From the human T2T-CHM13v2.0 reference genome, Homo sapiens, in assembly GCF_009914755.1 (NCBI RefSeq), contig NC_060930.1: 64,000 nt of DNA. One strand, given 5' to 3'. Shown here piece by piece: positions 1-13,723 of the stretch. The translations under genes and the position numbers were made by a program. How positions within the stretch are numbered: position 1 is the stretch's first letter; each line of letters begins with the position of its first letter. Under the pieces are notes generated by a model. The model worked only from the letters and a program-made list of their open reading frames with translations, was not told the origin of the DNA and did not search any database.

Positions 1-913
1 GGAAGCCTTCTTCTGTGGGCCCGGGAATTGAAGAACTAGACAGGCATAAGAAGGACAAGTGTGGTGCCCAATGGAGCAAGAGAAGGGGGGAGGAAGGTGA
101 CAGGGAAGGGAAATGGCAGGAGAAGCACCTACACAGCAGACACGGTATAGCCTGCATCTGTTTTTCCTTTTGGCTGAGAGATCCCTGAGCTCTGTGGTGA
201 CAATTTTCCATAATTTTTCATATAAAAAATGAAGATTATAAACTATTTCTAGGCATTTTACCTGCATTACTATTAATATGTGTACAGCATCTAAAATAGG
301 GTCTAGACGGCAATTGCACAGTACTATTACTTGCTATTGTTGTGGCACTTTCTATGTGGATCACTGGCCTCATCCACTGTGCCTGGTGCTGAAGAAGTGC
401 TTCAGGAATGAATCCACAGATTGAGATGAAAATTCTCAAGCTTTCTCTTTCTCAACTCCTCCAAGGTTCTCCATCACTTTCTGAGTCCTACAGGAGGAAA
501 GTGCTATTGAAGATGCGGCGCGTATGGCGTGAAGTTCTGGGGCTGGGAGAAGCTGCCCCACTACTTCCGGGCGGCCTTGCCTGCAGGGAGCAGGTGAGGA
601 TCACAGCTCTAGAGCGGGCTGGAATAGCTGTGCCCGCAAGCCAGGCAGTTCCGGGTGGTGCTTCTCCAACTGGAACGTGCTCTCTACTTCCGAGAGATGA
701 AGAAGGCGAAATTGAGAAGTGAGGAGAGAGGTCTCCCTCATGACCTATTTTGGAAATCCGTATTCTTCACACTCTCAGGCTCGTAGAACTTTGCCCAAGG
801 CAGTATCTGAGAAGCTCCGCCCTCAATCTTGTCCTGCCAGGGATTTGGCGGCCCAAAGTACCGGCAGGCTCCTGATAACCAGGAAAATGGGTGGGGGGTG
901 GTGTATCCTCAGT

Positions 914-986
914 GGGGAATTAGCTCAGGCGGTAGAGCGCTCGCTTAGCATGCGAGAGGTAGCGGGATCGACGCCCGCATTCTCCA
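914..986 (+). tRNA. TRA-AGC: tRNA-Ala, anticodon AGC
   Basis: 73 nt GGGGAATTAGCTCAGGCGGTAGAGCGCTCGCTTAGCATGCGAGAGGTAGCGGGATCGACGCCCGCATTCTCCA; cloverleaf pairs, G3:U70 AlaRS identity pair, A/B-box-like internal promoter. Confidence 0.93.
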
Positions 987-1730
987 GTTCCTTGTCCGGT
1001 TTATGTCTCTTGGTTTGTATACCCGCTTCTTTCTCCTGTTGACAACGGCGGTGCTTCTTACCTGGGAGAAGATCAGAGGAACCTGCCCCCTCCCCCGATC
1101 TCGTGTTTTACTGCTCCCCATGTAAGAGTCTTGTTGCCCCTGCTTCCATCCTCCCATGTTTTCCACTCCTGCCACAGGTTTGGCACTTCTAGCTACTCAG
1201 GTCTCAATGCAAATTTCCCGTCTTTAGACAAGTACAGCTAAAAGTGATGCCCACACGATCTCTCAATTCCTACTACATCTTCACAAATATCGTCTCCTCC
1301 AGAAAGTATGTCTTTAAGTTACTGGTTTGTTTTTCTCTCCCCTAGAGTGGGAGCTTCCTGAGTACCGAAACGCTGTCTATGTACACTGTGTTCAACTCGC
1401 TTCATCCCCATGCGTAGAGTTAAGGTTCTGTAAAATACGGTTACTGCCTTGAACAGATAAGGAAACAGGGAGATCAAAGACAGAGCAATACTTAAAAACA
1501 TTATCCTGCCACATTTCTCAAATCTTAATAATAGCATTCACTAATGTTTTTGGTTTTTCTTTGTGCTTTCTCCATATCCCCTTATTATTATTATTATTTT
1601 ACATTTGGCTGACCATTTTACACTTCTTTTTCAAATGACCAATCAGATTTTGCAATTTTCTAGTTAATTCCTGTGTTTCCTTCACCATTCTATTTTCTTT
1701 TTTTTTTTCTTTTTCTTTTTTTTTTTCGGG

Positions 1731-1797
1731 CTTCTTCTTCTTCTTCTTCTTCTTCTTCTTCTTCTTCTTCTTCTTCTTCTTCTTCTTCTTCTTCTTC
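1731..1797 (+). repeat. (CTT)22 microsatellite; mates (AAG)21 at 40629-40691 and interrupted longer tract 18665-18823
   Basis: Direct count; explains the 3-bp change in arm offset. Confidence 0.93.
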
Positions 1798-2149
1798 CTT
1801 CTTATATTTAATGCACTGATTTCTTCTAATGTTTTGTAACTTGGGTATTAAAAGGTGTAATTTAAAATGAGAAAGCAGTTTCTACAGAGTCCTTAGAAAT
1901 ATGTCATTATAAGTCCCCATTTTCATTATATTCTAAGGAGCTCGAAGATATACTTTTGATTCTTTTCTAAACTGTGCATTCGAGAGTTAATCTCTTCTTG
2001 TTTACTTTTACGTTCATTCTTTCAATGTTATTTTCTAATTTTTGTGTATCATTTTGTTTATCAACACATAAATATGTACATTCACATAAGTATACGAGTT
2101 ATATATACATGTATTTATGAATGGCAGCTGAACCACACATTAGTGCTAA

Positions 2150-2720
2150 TATTGGTGACTAAAAGTTGGAGAACCAGACATTATGTACCTCATAAAGCGA
2201 AGCAATGGAAAGTGCACAAGCCCACCTATCAAATTGTCTTGTTAAAAGATTTGAAGCTGAATCTAAGTGAGCCTCTACTTGTAACTACCAGTTTACAAGA
2301 AATAGAGTAGGTGAAGAAACATGTCAAGGGGCAGGAAATAGATACAATGAAATAAATACAACATAGAGGTGTTTCTAAGGATAAAAGGCCCAGTTCCTTC
2401 AACAACTAACTGGCATTAACTCTTTATGATACTATAATGGTAAATATATGTCATTATACATTTGTTAAAAAAAAAAAAAACCCAGGATGTATAACACAAA
2501 GAGCAAACTGTAATGTAAACTGTGGACTTCAGTTAACAATAATGTATTAGTAATTACTGGTTTACCAGTTGTAACAAGTGTACCATACTGATGCAAGATG
2601 TTAATAATAGGGAAAATTGTAAGAGAGGGAGAGTGATGGAGTTTATGGAAATTCTATCTATTCTGGTCAATTTTTCTTTAAACCCAGAACTTCTCTAAAA
2701 AATAATGTCTATCAATTTTA
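2150..2720 (+). mobile_element. L1MC/ME-type 3' end fragment (copies ~17745-18320, ~39705-40275)
   Basis: taatgtaaactgtggacttcagttaac...tgtaccatactgatgcaagatgttaataatagggaaa. Confidence 0.6.
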
Positions 2721-3498
2721 AAAAATAATATCCATAAAAGAAAGACCAGGGACCTTTTATGGATGAAAAGAGTCTTAAAAAACATAAAAATCTGTAGATT
2801 TTACTTTATTATTTATAATCAGCCATTAAGAGAAATTTTTTTTGTATGGGTGACAATCAGAAAAAAAAGTTAATATTAGATCATATTTATGATCTATTAC
2901 CAATTTGTTAACAACAAGTACATACACACATGCAAACATGGCCCTAAAATTTCCTAGTTCTCTCAAGCTATTGATTTCATCATTCTCTCTGCTGCTGAGT
3001 TCAAGAAAGTGAAATGCGTAATGGGTATCTCTCCTTTCCCACCTTCCTTCCAGTTCACAACCTAGTGCTGTCCACTTGCATGGGATGTTTCTTTTCCATC
3101 ACAATGCTCTGAGATAACTAAGTCAAGGGAAGTTTGCGCAGCCCTCCAGACCCTCCAGATTTCAAAGGAAAGCCCACCGCTGCTGCTCTGGGGGAGCTGA
3201 TGGCCTATTCATGGATGAGATGGACTAAGGACAGTGGGAAGCACAATGGACCAACAGCATTGTTGGAGGGGACTGCGTGAGGAAGCAGGAGCCTAAACAA
3301 CACTCTCCAGATACTGCGTGAACACTGTCTCCAGAGGGGTCTTGTAGCATCAAAAATTAAAGCTAAATGTTGATTTCTTTCTGGTAATTATTTTGTTCAG
3401 CAACCTGGAAAAACGAACAAAAATTATCTCATTCCCTTTCCTATTTAAAGCCTGAAATATTTAATTACAATGATAAAACTTAAAAAAAGTGCTTATTA

Positions 3499-3761
<263 letters not shown>

Positions 3762-5329
3762 TTATTGAAAGTTTCAAACTTAAAAGTGCTCTCACATATA
3801 AATAAAATCATTTTCTCTATATACATGGTTTTTGCAAGTGTACATGTCTAGACACCCTAGGAATGGTGGTGCCGTGGTGTGAACGTGGAGCCTGGAATGG
3901 CCAGCCCCAAAACCTCCTCCTCATCAACTGTTGACTCGTCAACAGTCAGTCAGTAATCAAAACTTCCTTAAAATACAAAGAGCCGCAGAACATTCCGGGA
4001 TATCTGTGCTACTTAATCTGGCAGTTCCTACTGTGTCTTGCCCCCGGTGTGACGTGCTCTCTTCCATGAAATTAATAACTGCAAACTGTAATGGGAACAA
4101 TGCAATTGATTGTCTCCGCACTCTTGCCCAAAGCGTTCTCTGAGATGTTTGGTAGTTATTTGGGTCCTTACTTGACCTTCGTGGCCTTAAAACAAAGGGA
4201 ACATGGCATTTGTGAATCTGAAAGAATTGTGATAATTTTCTCATTTCCTCCTGGCTGTGTGCATCACCCTGAGTTTGCGGAGGGATCAGCCCTTTTTCAG
4301 AGCCCCCTCACGTCCTGAGTATCATCCTCAGAATGTGGGGCTTGGGCTCAATTTGAAGAGGGTGTGAGGGAGAGCCAAAATGCAGGGATTGTCCCACAGT
4401 GCAGTCCTGCTTTGTAAACCCCTTCCTCTGACTAGCTTGATTTTAGTCTCTGAGAATGGATGGGGTGGGATGGCTTTTCAGTACTTTCTGCTAAGACATT
4501 TTTGTATATTCATTTCTCTCTCAAGGAGCCTCTGTAACAAAAGAGAAAAAACTGTCTCGGGTTCTGTGTGTGGCACATGAGTTTGAAGGATTTCTGAGAC
4601 TATTGTTCAGGACTGGCGTTACAGATGAAATATAGATTCAGGACCAGTGACGGTGGGATCCTTGGCAGGCGGACATAACGCCTCGTTAAGGACAGACTGC
4701 CCACCACTCTCTTTCTTTCTTTCTCTCTTTCCGAAATCATTTTCTATAAATTCCACTGGGTATCAGAACCTTCCTTAGGCTGACTGGCGCTTCGCAGTCT
4801 CCTCTCCAAGCCCGGATCTATTCCCCAAAATTCTCTCGTTCATGCTTCTAGCTTCTCTTCTTAGCTTCTCTAGGTTCGCGTCATCGGCTTTCCTTGTTTC
4901 CCAGGTTGAATCCCCAGTTCCAAGCGGCTCCTGTAACAGGGAGTGGGAGCCCACCCTCCCACTCGCCGTGTAGCACTCTGCATCTCTGAGAAGAAAGTGA
5001 CCACCCCAGCCCAGCACAGATTTTCTTCGTCTTTGAGCACCTGCTCGGAGTTCCCGCCCCTCGTCGCTCCTTGGTTTTCCCTCATTGCCTACATAGAGTC
5101 TGTTGGATGTCGGTCAAGGTATCCCCAGCCCCTGCCATGGGAACCGTTTGGGGAAAAACAGACCTGATTTATTTATACTTCAAAGATGCCCAATGATTCC
5201 CTGTCGTCTGTGTACCATAAAAATAAAAACAGATAAAAATAAGAAGATCAATGTATTCGACATCTACACCCAGGCGTACAGCTCTCAGATGATCAACTGG
5301 GAAGCGACTGTTGCCCACCCAGAGGGAAG

Positions 5330-5745
5330 AAAGGGGCAAAGCCGGAGGATGAGGACGCGGACCCTGCAGGCCGCTGCCTCCCAAGTGAGCGGGTTACAAA
5401 TTCCGCTAACCCCAGCCCGCCACCCCGCTATTGGCTATTTGAGGCATGTGGGGGATTTTTCCGGACTAGAAGTCTTGTGTTCCACCTGGTTTTTCGGGAC
5501 CACTCAACATTCCTGAGCTCCATCCCTGCCAAGGTGGAGCCAGCACAGGACTGCAGGCGGAGTCTCCAGACTCATCCGGAAACAGCCACTGCGCGGAGCC
5601 GGGAGCGCGTGTCAAACGAGCACCCACAGAAGCTCTGGGCCCGACACGGTTCCACTTGCTTGATATTTCAGAAAAGAAGGAATTATACCTCAGCTGTAAA
5701 GGGAATACGGGTTACAGCTATCACAAGTGCCGGGAAGGTAAGCGT
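5330..5745. promoter_or_regulatory. CpG-rich promoter-like segment next to tRNA-Met (copies ~13740-14150, ~36680-37095)
   Basis: Retained CpGs, inverted CCAAT (attggct ~5429), GC-box-like cccgcc/ccccgc, CCGGAA-type ETS core; function not demonstrated. Confidence 0.4.
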
Positions 5746-5759
5746 TCACTTGCAAAAGC

Positions 5760-5832
5760 TGCCCTCTCTGAGGCTCGAACTCAGGACCTTCAGATTATGA
5801 GACTGACGCGCTGCCCGCTGCGCTAAGAGGGC
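5760..5832 (-). tRNA. TRM-CAT: elongator tRNA-Met, anticodon CAT
   Basis: Reverse complement GCCCTCTTAGCGCAGCGGGCAGCGCGTCAGTCTCATAATCTGAAGGTCCTGAGTTCGAGCCTCAGAGAGGGCA; G1:C72 and TTCG T-loop indicate elongator type; followed by GCTTTTG terminator. Confidence 0.95.
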
Positions 5833-6934
5833 GACGAAGTGCATCAACGCGCCAGCTTCCACAGGAATTTCCTAATTTCTTTCCCCAGGCGGGTTATTTT
5901 GGGACTTCAGTTTTCTTCGCCCAAGGTCGCTAGTTTTCCAAGATTATTTCCAATAGGCACGCGTAGGCTCCTTTTTAGCCCATCGGAAGAACCTCACAAT
6001 CGGAAGCCATAGTGTACTGAACAATTATGCCTGACCTCATTCTCTATTGATCTGGATCTTCGTCCCCTCAGAGATATAAGGCAATAATTACTGTCCACAG
6101 TCTCCTTAGTTGGAATAGCGGGCTCTCACTAAATGCTAGTTGAATGAATGAAAAGCTCCCAAACATGCCTGCAGTTTACACTTACCTCTCTTAATTTAAA
6201 TTTGCATTTCCACTTATGTCACCTGAGATAGTCCCCTCAAAATATCACCAACTGATTTTATGATGAGTCTTCATGTTTTCTTCACCTCTATGTTGCAAAT
6301 ACCCTATTAAAGATTTTATTCCCGTAATTTCATTTAGTCCAATTTATTTATTTATTTATTTGCCATAAATCTATACATCATTATCCCCATCTTACTGATG
6401 AAACTGAGGCTCAGCAGAACTAAATCCACAGCTGATAAGGGGCAAAACCAGATCTTGAAAGCAGATTTTGTTTTTCAAAAAGCGTGCTGCCCTCTTTCTC
6501 CCTCTAGATCATGTAATCTCCCCTTTTCCTCTCCACACCACCACACTCATTTGTTAAGCAAATAGCTATAGAATTTTAGATTCGTTGGTCCATTCAACAA
6601 ACTTTAATTCACCACCTGCCATGTACCCGGCATTTATGCTCTAGATTTCCAAGGCATCCTTGGCCCTTTATCCCTCACATCCCTACAAACACCTTAAATC
6701 ATTAGTTCTCGAAGTGCGGTGCCCAGACCCACCACATAATTCTCGAGGACACATTCCATTTCAGGTACTGTGCTACCCGAAGGCTTTGAGGATTCAGAGG
6801 AAATTGAGCCATCCCTGACCTCAGGAGCTGACAGGACAAACTGTCCTATCTGGTCCGGTTCCTATACTCTCAAACTTCCGGATTCTTATAAATGCATCTT
6901 CCTAAATATTTTATTTTGATACTGTAACTCCCAT

Positions 6935-7220
6935 TCTGCACTAGTTTGCTAGGGCTGCCATAATAAATATCATAGACTGAGTGCCTTAACCAACAGAAAA
7001 TTTTCTCAGTTCTGGAGGCTAGAAGGGTTGTTAGCTTTGGTTTCTCCTGAGGCCTCTCTCCTTGGCTCGCAGATGGTCACTTACCTTCTTGCTATATTCT
7101 CCCACGGTCTCTCTCTCTACACATGTTTCCATCTTTTCTTATAAGAACTCCTATTGGGAGTTAGGGTTTCGACATGAATTTGATGACAGGTGGGGCGGGA
7201 CAAAATTCCACCATGACAGG
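6935..7220 (-). mobile_element. MLT1-type MaLR LTR remnant (copies ~12255-12540, ~35205-35490)
   Basis: tagtttgctagggctgccataataaatatcatagactg...ctcagttctggaggctagaag. Confidence 0.6.
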
Positions 7221-8666
7221 CTCAAAGTTGTTTACATTTTCACCCTCATATTTGCAGTAGACTTTGTTACTGGAAAACACTACTTGCTTTTTTTTTTTTT
7301 TAACACGTATTTTAAAGCCCCTTAATTAAACAGACCATATACCTTTCCTTATCTAGGAATTCCCATTCCAGTGCCTGGTCCACACATCCATTATTTCTCC
7401 TCATCTCCATTCCTCAAGGCCCATTCTTGATTCTTTCATTCTTATTTGAAAGAATGTAGCATGGAGGAATGTAGCATACTAGTTTTTCCCTCGGAATTGC
7501 ATGACTCATTGTCATGCAAATTACGCAGTCTCAGGTGTTCCTTTTAGCAACACAAAGTAGACTAAGGTGTGTACATTTTTGTACTTGTCAAATGTGGTTA
7601 GAATACCAAATGAGGTACTGCCTCACAGATCCCTGAGATGTCATTACTTGGCATAACAAAATCATAATATAGATATCATAATAATGCATAAGCAGACAGG
7701 AAAAAACCATAATAATAACAAAACTCATTAAGGGATAGCCACGTAAGTTTATCAGTTAGTTCTCTCTAAACTCTGTAATATGAATGTGGCCAATCTCTGG
7801 GATTTAATAATACAAAAAACATGTTTTGGTCTCCCAGTGTCATTTTAATCTTATTCAGTAGGATATATTCTTTCCCTATCTCCATATGAAGACATACACA
7901 GTTTTATGCCTCATCCCAGGCAATACAGTCTCAGTCTCAAAGTTAAGATGCTGAGCTCCATGTAACACTCTAAAATTTAAACTTGACATAAAGATCAGAT
8001 CTCTTCCTTTACCTACTGGGCCTGTTGAGTCAGCTAAAACTATTTGGATAGTTTTCTAAGGAAAATGTTTCATCTCTCTTTTCTTACCCTAACATTCTAC
8101 CATTTGTTAACCACTGTTCTGAGACTTCCGTGTTTCAATCGTGGTGGAAGATGAGTTAAAGCCAGGGAGGGGTGGTGGGGAGAATAATAAAGTTCTTACT
8201 TTTAAATGGTGTTGTCATTAGCCAGTGTCATGCTTTCCATTCAGCTGTTTGAATACGAATAATTTTTTTAATACGATCCATGATTGTGGATTCTCGTGTG
8301 CATTTCCCTTGATGATGATGTACTCTCCTGTACCCCCTTCTTTATGACTGCTTTTCCAGCCACTGCAAAACTCAAAGCTTCCTTTTGCTTCTTTTTCCTT
8401 AGTTACGTTCATCCTTCCACATAGCCCACTGGGACTGGCTCAAAGTTGACCTCATGCTAGTGCTCCCTCTCTCCTGATTCCCACACCTGTCTTGTGGGAA
8501 AGGCCTACATCTGGTTGTCCCTGAAAAGCCCTGGGACTACAGGCCAATCCCAATATAGAAGGAACTTCAGGCAGTCAATCTGCCCATTTCTCCCCTTTAC
8601 ATTTCTCATGCATCTAACTACCGTATCTCCCATATTTTGGTGCCAGTGATTGAACTTGTTGGCACC

Positions 8667-8948
8667 TGTATTAGTCCATTGTCACACTGCTATAAAGAAC
8701 TACTGGAGACTGGGTAATTTATGAAGAAAAGAGGTTTCATTGACCCACAGTGCCACAGGCTGTATAGGAAGCATGGCTGGGAGGCCTCAAGAAACTTACA
8801 ATCATGGCGGAAGGCGAAGGAGAAGCAAGCATGCCTTACCATGGCAGAGTCGGAGAGAAAGAGCAAAGGGGAAAGTGTTACACACTTTTCAACAACCAGA
8901 TCTCAGGAGAACTCACTCATTGTCATGAGAACAGCATGAGGGAAATCT
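8667..8948 (-). mobile_element. MST/THE1-type MaLR LTR, truncated (copy 33477-33758)
   Basis: tgtattagtccatt...gagactgggtaatttatgaagaaaagaggttt...aaacttacaatcatggcggaagg typical of MSTA. Confidence 0.85.
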
Positions 8949-9126
8949 GTCTGGAGCAGGTTTGTGAACCCATTGAGGTGTTCATCCAGTGCTGTTTCAG
9001 AGAAATCTCTATTTCAATCTATTCCTATACATTAGTTACTGAAAAACAACAGACAATCACAAAAACAAGTTGACCTTTTTGTGATCCTTGAGCCCAGTTG
9101 CGAAGGGCCCTCGTGACCGGGCCTCA

Positions 9127-9657
<531 letters not shown>

Positions 9658-9899
9658 TCATTATGGGACACCTTTAGAAGCAGCCTGGAGTGCAGCCTGG
9701 AGTGCATATAAATATATGTCTTTTTCCTTCCCGTTGCAATTTGCTTATTATATCAGTCTGCTTATTATTTCAATTTGCTTACTATATCATTTGCTTATTA
9801 TATCTGCATTGCCATTTACGTGGGATAAAGGTTGTTTACCCTTAAAGGTATTGTGTGTGTGTCTTTTCTTCTCCCCTTACACGTCTTCCACACAGAACA

Positions 9900-11390
9900 T
9901 GTACACTTGTATCTACAGGTGCATGTGTGTGTATGTAGACGTGATTGCACACATGTTTATGTATACATGTCTGTGTACACCACATGCATGTGTAAATGTA
10001 TGTGTGTACACGTGTATGCATGTGTGTATGCATACAGGCATGTACACATATGCACAAAGGTATCTACACATACATGTGTATACATGCATGCATGTTTATG
10101 TATACATGCATGTACACCGTATGTATGTGTGTATGTATGTGTGTATTTGCTGACACATATGCATATGCATACATGCAAGTACATGCATGTACACACGTAG
10201 CTGCACATTCATATGTGTATGTATACATGTATATACACGTGCGTGCATGTGTGAGTGTATAAAGATATGTACACATGCATGTGCAAATGCATGTGGGTGT
10301 GTGTGCATGGATGTATGTGTATCCATGTATCGTGTACACAGTATGCATGCATGTATTTGTGTAGATATATGTGCAGATAGACATGTGCTCACATGTCTGC
10401 ATGCATGTGTGTACATGTGTGTTTACCCACCTACGTGTGTATGCACATGTGTACTCATGCATGCACACACGTATGCATACATGTATGCATTGTGCACATG
10501 TGTGCACATATGTTTTTATGAATAATGTATATATACATACACGTATACACCATGTATACCAGCCTACAAATGCATCTGTGCACACACGTGAAAGCATGTG
10601 TATGCCTGAATACAAGTGTCCATATTTACGTGTGCACATCCACACATACATGTCTACACACACACGTGTGTGCACACATGCATGTGCACACACAAAAATT
10701 TGTGTGCAAATACATGCATGCACACACATACATGCATGACATATATGTGTACATGGATATGTGGGTATACCTGCATGTGCATACACACGTGCACTTGCAT
10801 ACACAGATGCACCCATAATACATGTATATATACATACATGTTTACACACAAAAGCACGATGCATACATGTACTCAAACATATATCTGCATGCGCACGTAC
10901 TTGTGCATACAAATGCACATGTCTACCCACACATGCATTCAGACGTCTGTGCACATGTATACATACACTTATACGTACAAACATACAAACACATATACAC
11001 TCATACATGTGTGCACACACATATGTACACACATGCATGTGTACAAATACATGTGTGCGTCTGCATGCATTTGGGCATATTCATTGATTGTGTACACAGT
11101 ATGTATGTGTCCATGTATGTGTGTATACGCATATGTGTAGATGCATATGTGTACATTAACATGCATGTACACTCATGTAAACATGCATCAACACATTTGT
11201 ACACGTATTTATTCGTGTATCAGGTTTGTATACACGTACCTAAACATGCATGCGAGCATTCGTGCATGTATGTACACGAGAATGCATATGTGTATGCATA
11301 CGTGTATGTACACATATAAGCACAGGCATCTACACGTGTGCGTGCGCACCTATGTGCACACTTATGTATACATGTATGTGCACGTGCATA
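9900..11390. repeat. 1.5-kb aperiodic alternating purine-pyrimidine tract
   Basis: Almost continuous TG/CA/TA/CG dinucleotides with no fixed repeat unit. Confidence 0.95.
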
Positions 11391-13650
11391 AATGAATTAA
11401 GAAAGAAACAATTCACCCAAACAAGGAGGAAAAGATGAACATCTCAAGTACCTATGAGCATTTTTACATGCAGACCCCTTACTGACATTGGCCAAGACAG
11501 ATGACAAGAGATCATCAAGGAGAGAGTTCATTAGAAGAAGATACTGCTAACATTAGAGAAACATAGCATCAATCACCCATAGCATGGATGCTGTTGAGCT
11601 TCCACCTGAAAAACAAACAACAACAACAACAAACCTGGCGGGTAGAAATAGGAACAGGTTTAGCATACATCCCTTCCTCCTTTTCCTGGGATCTGCATTG
11701 GGCCCCGTAAGCTTGGCATGAACCTAAGTGAATAAGACACCAAAGGACTGAAGTTTACCACTACCTTCAGAATTAGGACTCAGAGCCAGGAATTTCTTTA
11801 GACTACACAACCAGTCTATGCATATGGGAGGTTTTGGACTGTAGTTCACACTGGCTGCGCTTCCTTATGGAAACAGTGACTACAAGATGGAGGATATTAA
11901 TGAAAGATAGCACACATCCATACTAAATGTCATAACAGCAAAAACCATAAGATAGTTACTGACAATGAGTCATGCAATTCCGAGGGAAAAACTAGTATGC
12001 TACATTCCTCCATGCTACATTCTTTCAAATAAGAATGAAAGAATCAAGAATGGGCCTTGAAGAATGAAGATGAGGAGAAATAATGGGTGTGTGGACCGCG
12101 CATTGGAGTGGGAATTCCTAGGTAAGGAAAGGTATATGGTCTGTTCAATTAAGGGACTCTAAAATACTTGTTAAAAAAAAAAAAAAAGGAAGTAGTGCTT
12201 TCCAGTAACAAAGTCTACTGCAAATCTGAAGGTGGAAATTTAAACAACTTTGAGCCTGTTACGGTGGAATTTTGTCCTGCCCCACCCGTTACCAAATTCA
12301 TGTCGAAACCCTAAATCCCAATAGGCGTTCTTATAAGAAAAGATGGAAATATGTGTAGAGAGAGAGAGACCATGCAAGAATACAGCAAGAAGGTAAGTGA
12401 CCATCTGCGAGCCAAGGAGAGAGGCCTCAGGAGAAACCAAAGCTAACAACTCTTCTAGCATCCAGAACTGAGAAAATTTTCTGTTGGTTAAGCCACTCAG
12501 TCTGTGATATTTATTATGGCAGCCCTAGCAAACTAGTACAGAGCGGAAGAGTTACAGTATCAAAATAAAATATTTAGGAAAATGCATTTATAAGAATCCG
12601 GAAGTTTGAGAGTATAGGAACTGGACCAGATAGGACAGTTTGTCCTGTCAGCTCCTGAGGTCAGGGATGGCTCAATTTCTTCTGAATCCTCAAAGCCTTC
12701 GGGTAGGACAGTACCTGAAATGGAATGTGTCCTCGAGAATTATGTGGTGGGTCTGGGCACCGCACTTCGAGAACTAATGATTTAAGGTGTTTGTAGGGAT
12801 GTGAGGGATAAAGGGCCAAGGATGCCTTGGAAATCTAGAACATAAATGTCGGGTACATGGCAAGTGGTGAATTAAAGTTTGTTGAATGGACCAACGAATC
12901 TAAAATTCTATAGCTATTTGCTTAACAAATGAGTGTGGTGGTGTGGAGAGGAAAAGGGGAGATTACATGATCTAGAGGGAGAAAGAGGGCAGCACGCTTT
13001 TTGGAAAACAAAATCTGCTTTCAAGATCTGGTTTTACCCCTTATCAGCTGTGGATTTAGTTCTGCTGAGCCTCAGTTTCATCAGTAAGATGGGGATAATG
13101 ATGTATAGATTTATGGCAAATAAATAAATAAATAAATAAATAGGACTAAATGAAATTATGGGAATAAAGTATTTAATAGAGTATTTGCAACATATAGGTG
13201 AAGAAAACATGAAGACTCATCATAAAATCAGTTGGTGATATTTTGAGGGGACTATCTCAGGTGACATAAGTGGAAATGCAAATTTAAATTAAGAGAGGTA
13301 AGTGTAAACTGCAGGCATGTTTGGGAGCTTTTCATTCATTCAACTAGCATTTAGTGAAAGCCCGCTATTCCAACTAAGGAGACTGTGGACAGTAATTATT
13401 GCCTTATATCTCTGAGGGGACGAAGATCCAGATCAATAGAGAATGAGGTCAGGCATAATTGTTCAGTACACTATGGCTTCCGATTGTGAGGTTCTTCCGA
13501 TGGGCTAAAAAGGAGCCTACGCGTGCCTATTGGAAATAATCTTGGAGAACTAGCGACCCTGGGCGAAGAAAACTGAAGTCCCAAAATAGCCCACCTGGGG
13601 AAAGAAATTAGGAAATTCCTGTGGAAGCTGGCGCGGCATTATACTTCGTC

Positions 13651-13723
13651 GCCCTCTTAGCGCAGCGGGCAGCGCGTCAGTCTCATAATCTGAAGGTCCT
13701 GAGTTCGAGCCTCAGAGAGGGCA
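13651..13723 (+). tRNA. TRM-CAT: elongator tRNA-Met, anticodon CAT
   Basis: Identical to the 5760-5832 gene; TTTT immediately downstream. Confidence 0.95.

Noticed and set aside
408-1175. ORFs around tRNA-Ala that recur in three places
   Set aside because: Recurrence reflects segmental duplication; they overlap a tRNA and show no protein motif.
5760-5832. Initiator tRNA-Met
   Set aside because: G1:C72 and a TTCG T-loop rather than the A1:U72 and ATCG of the eukaryotic initiator.
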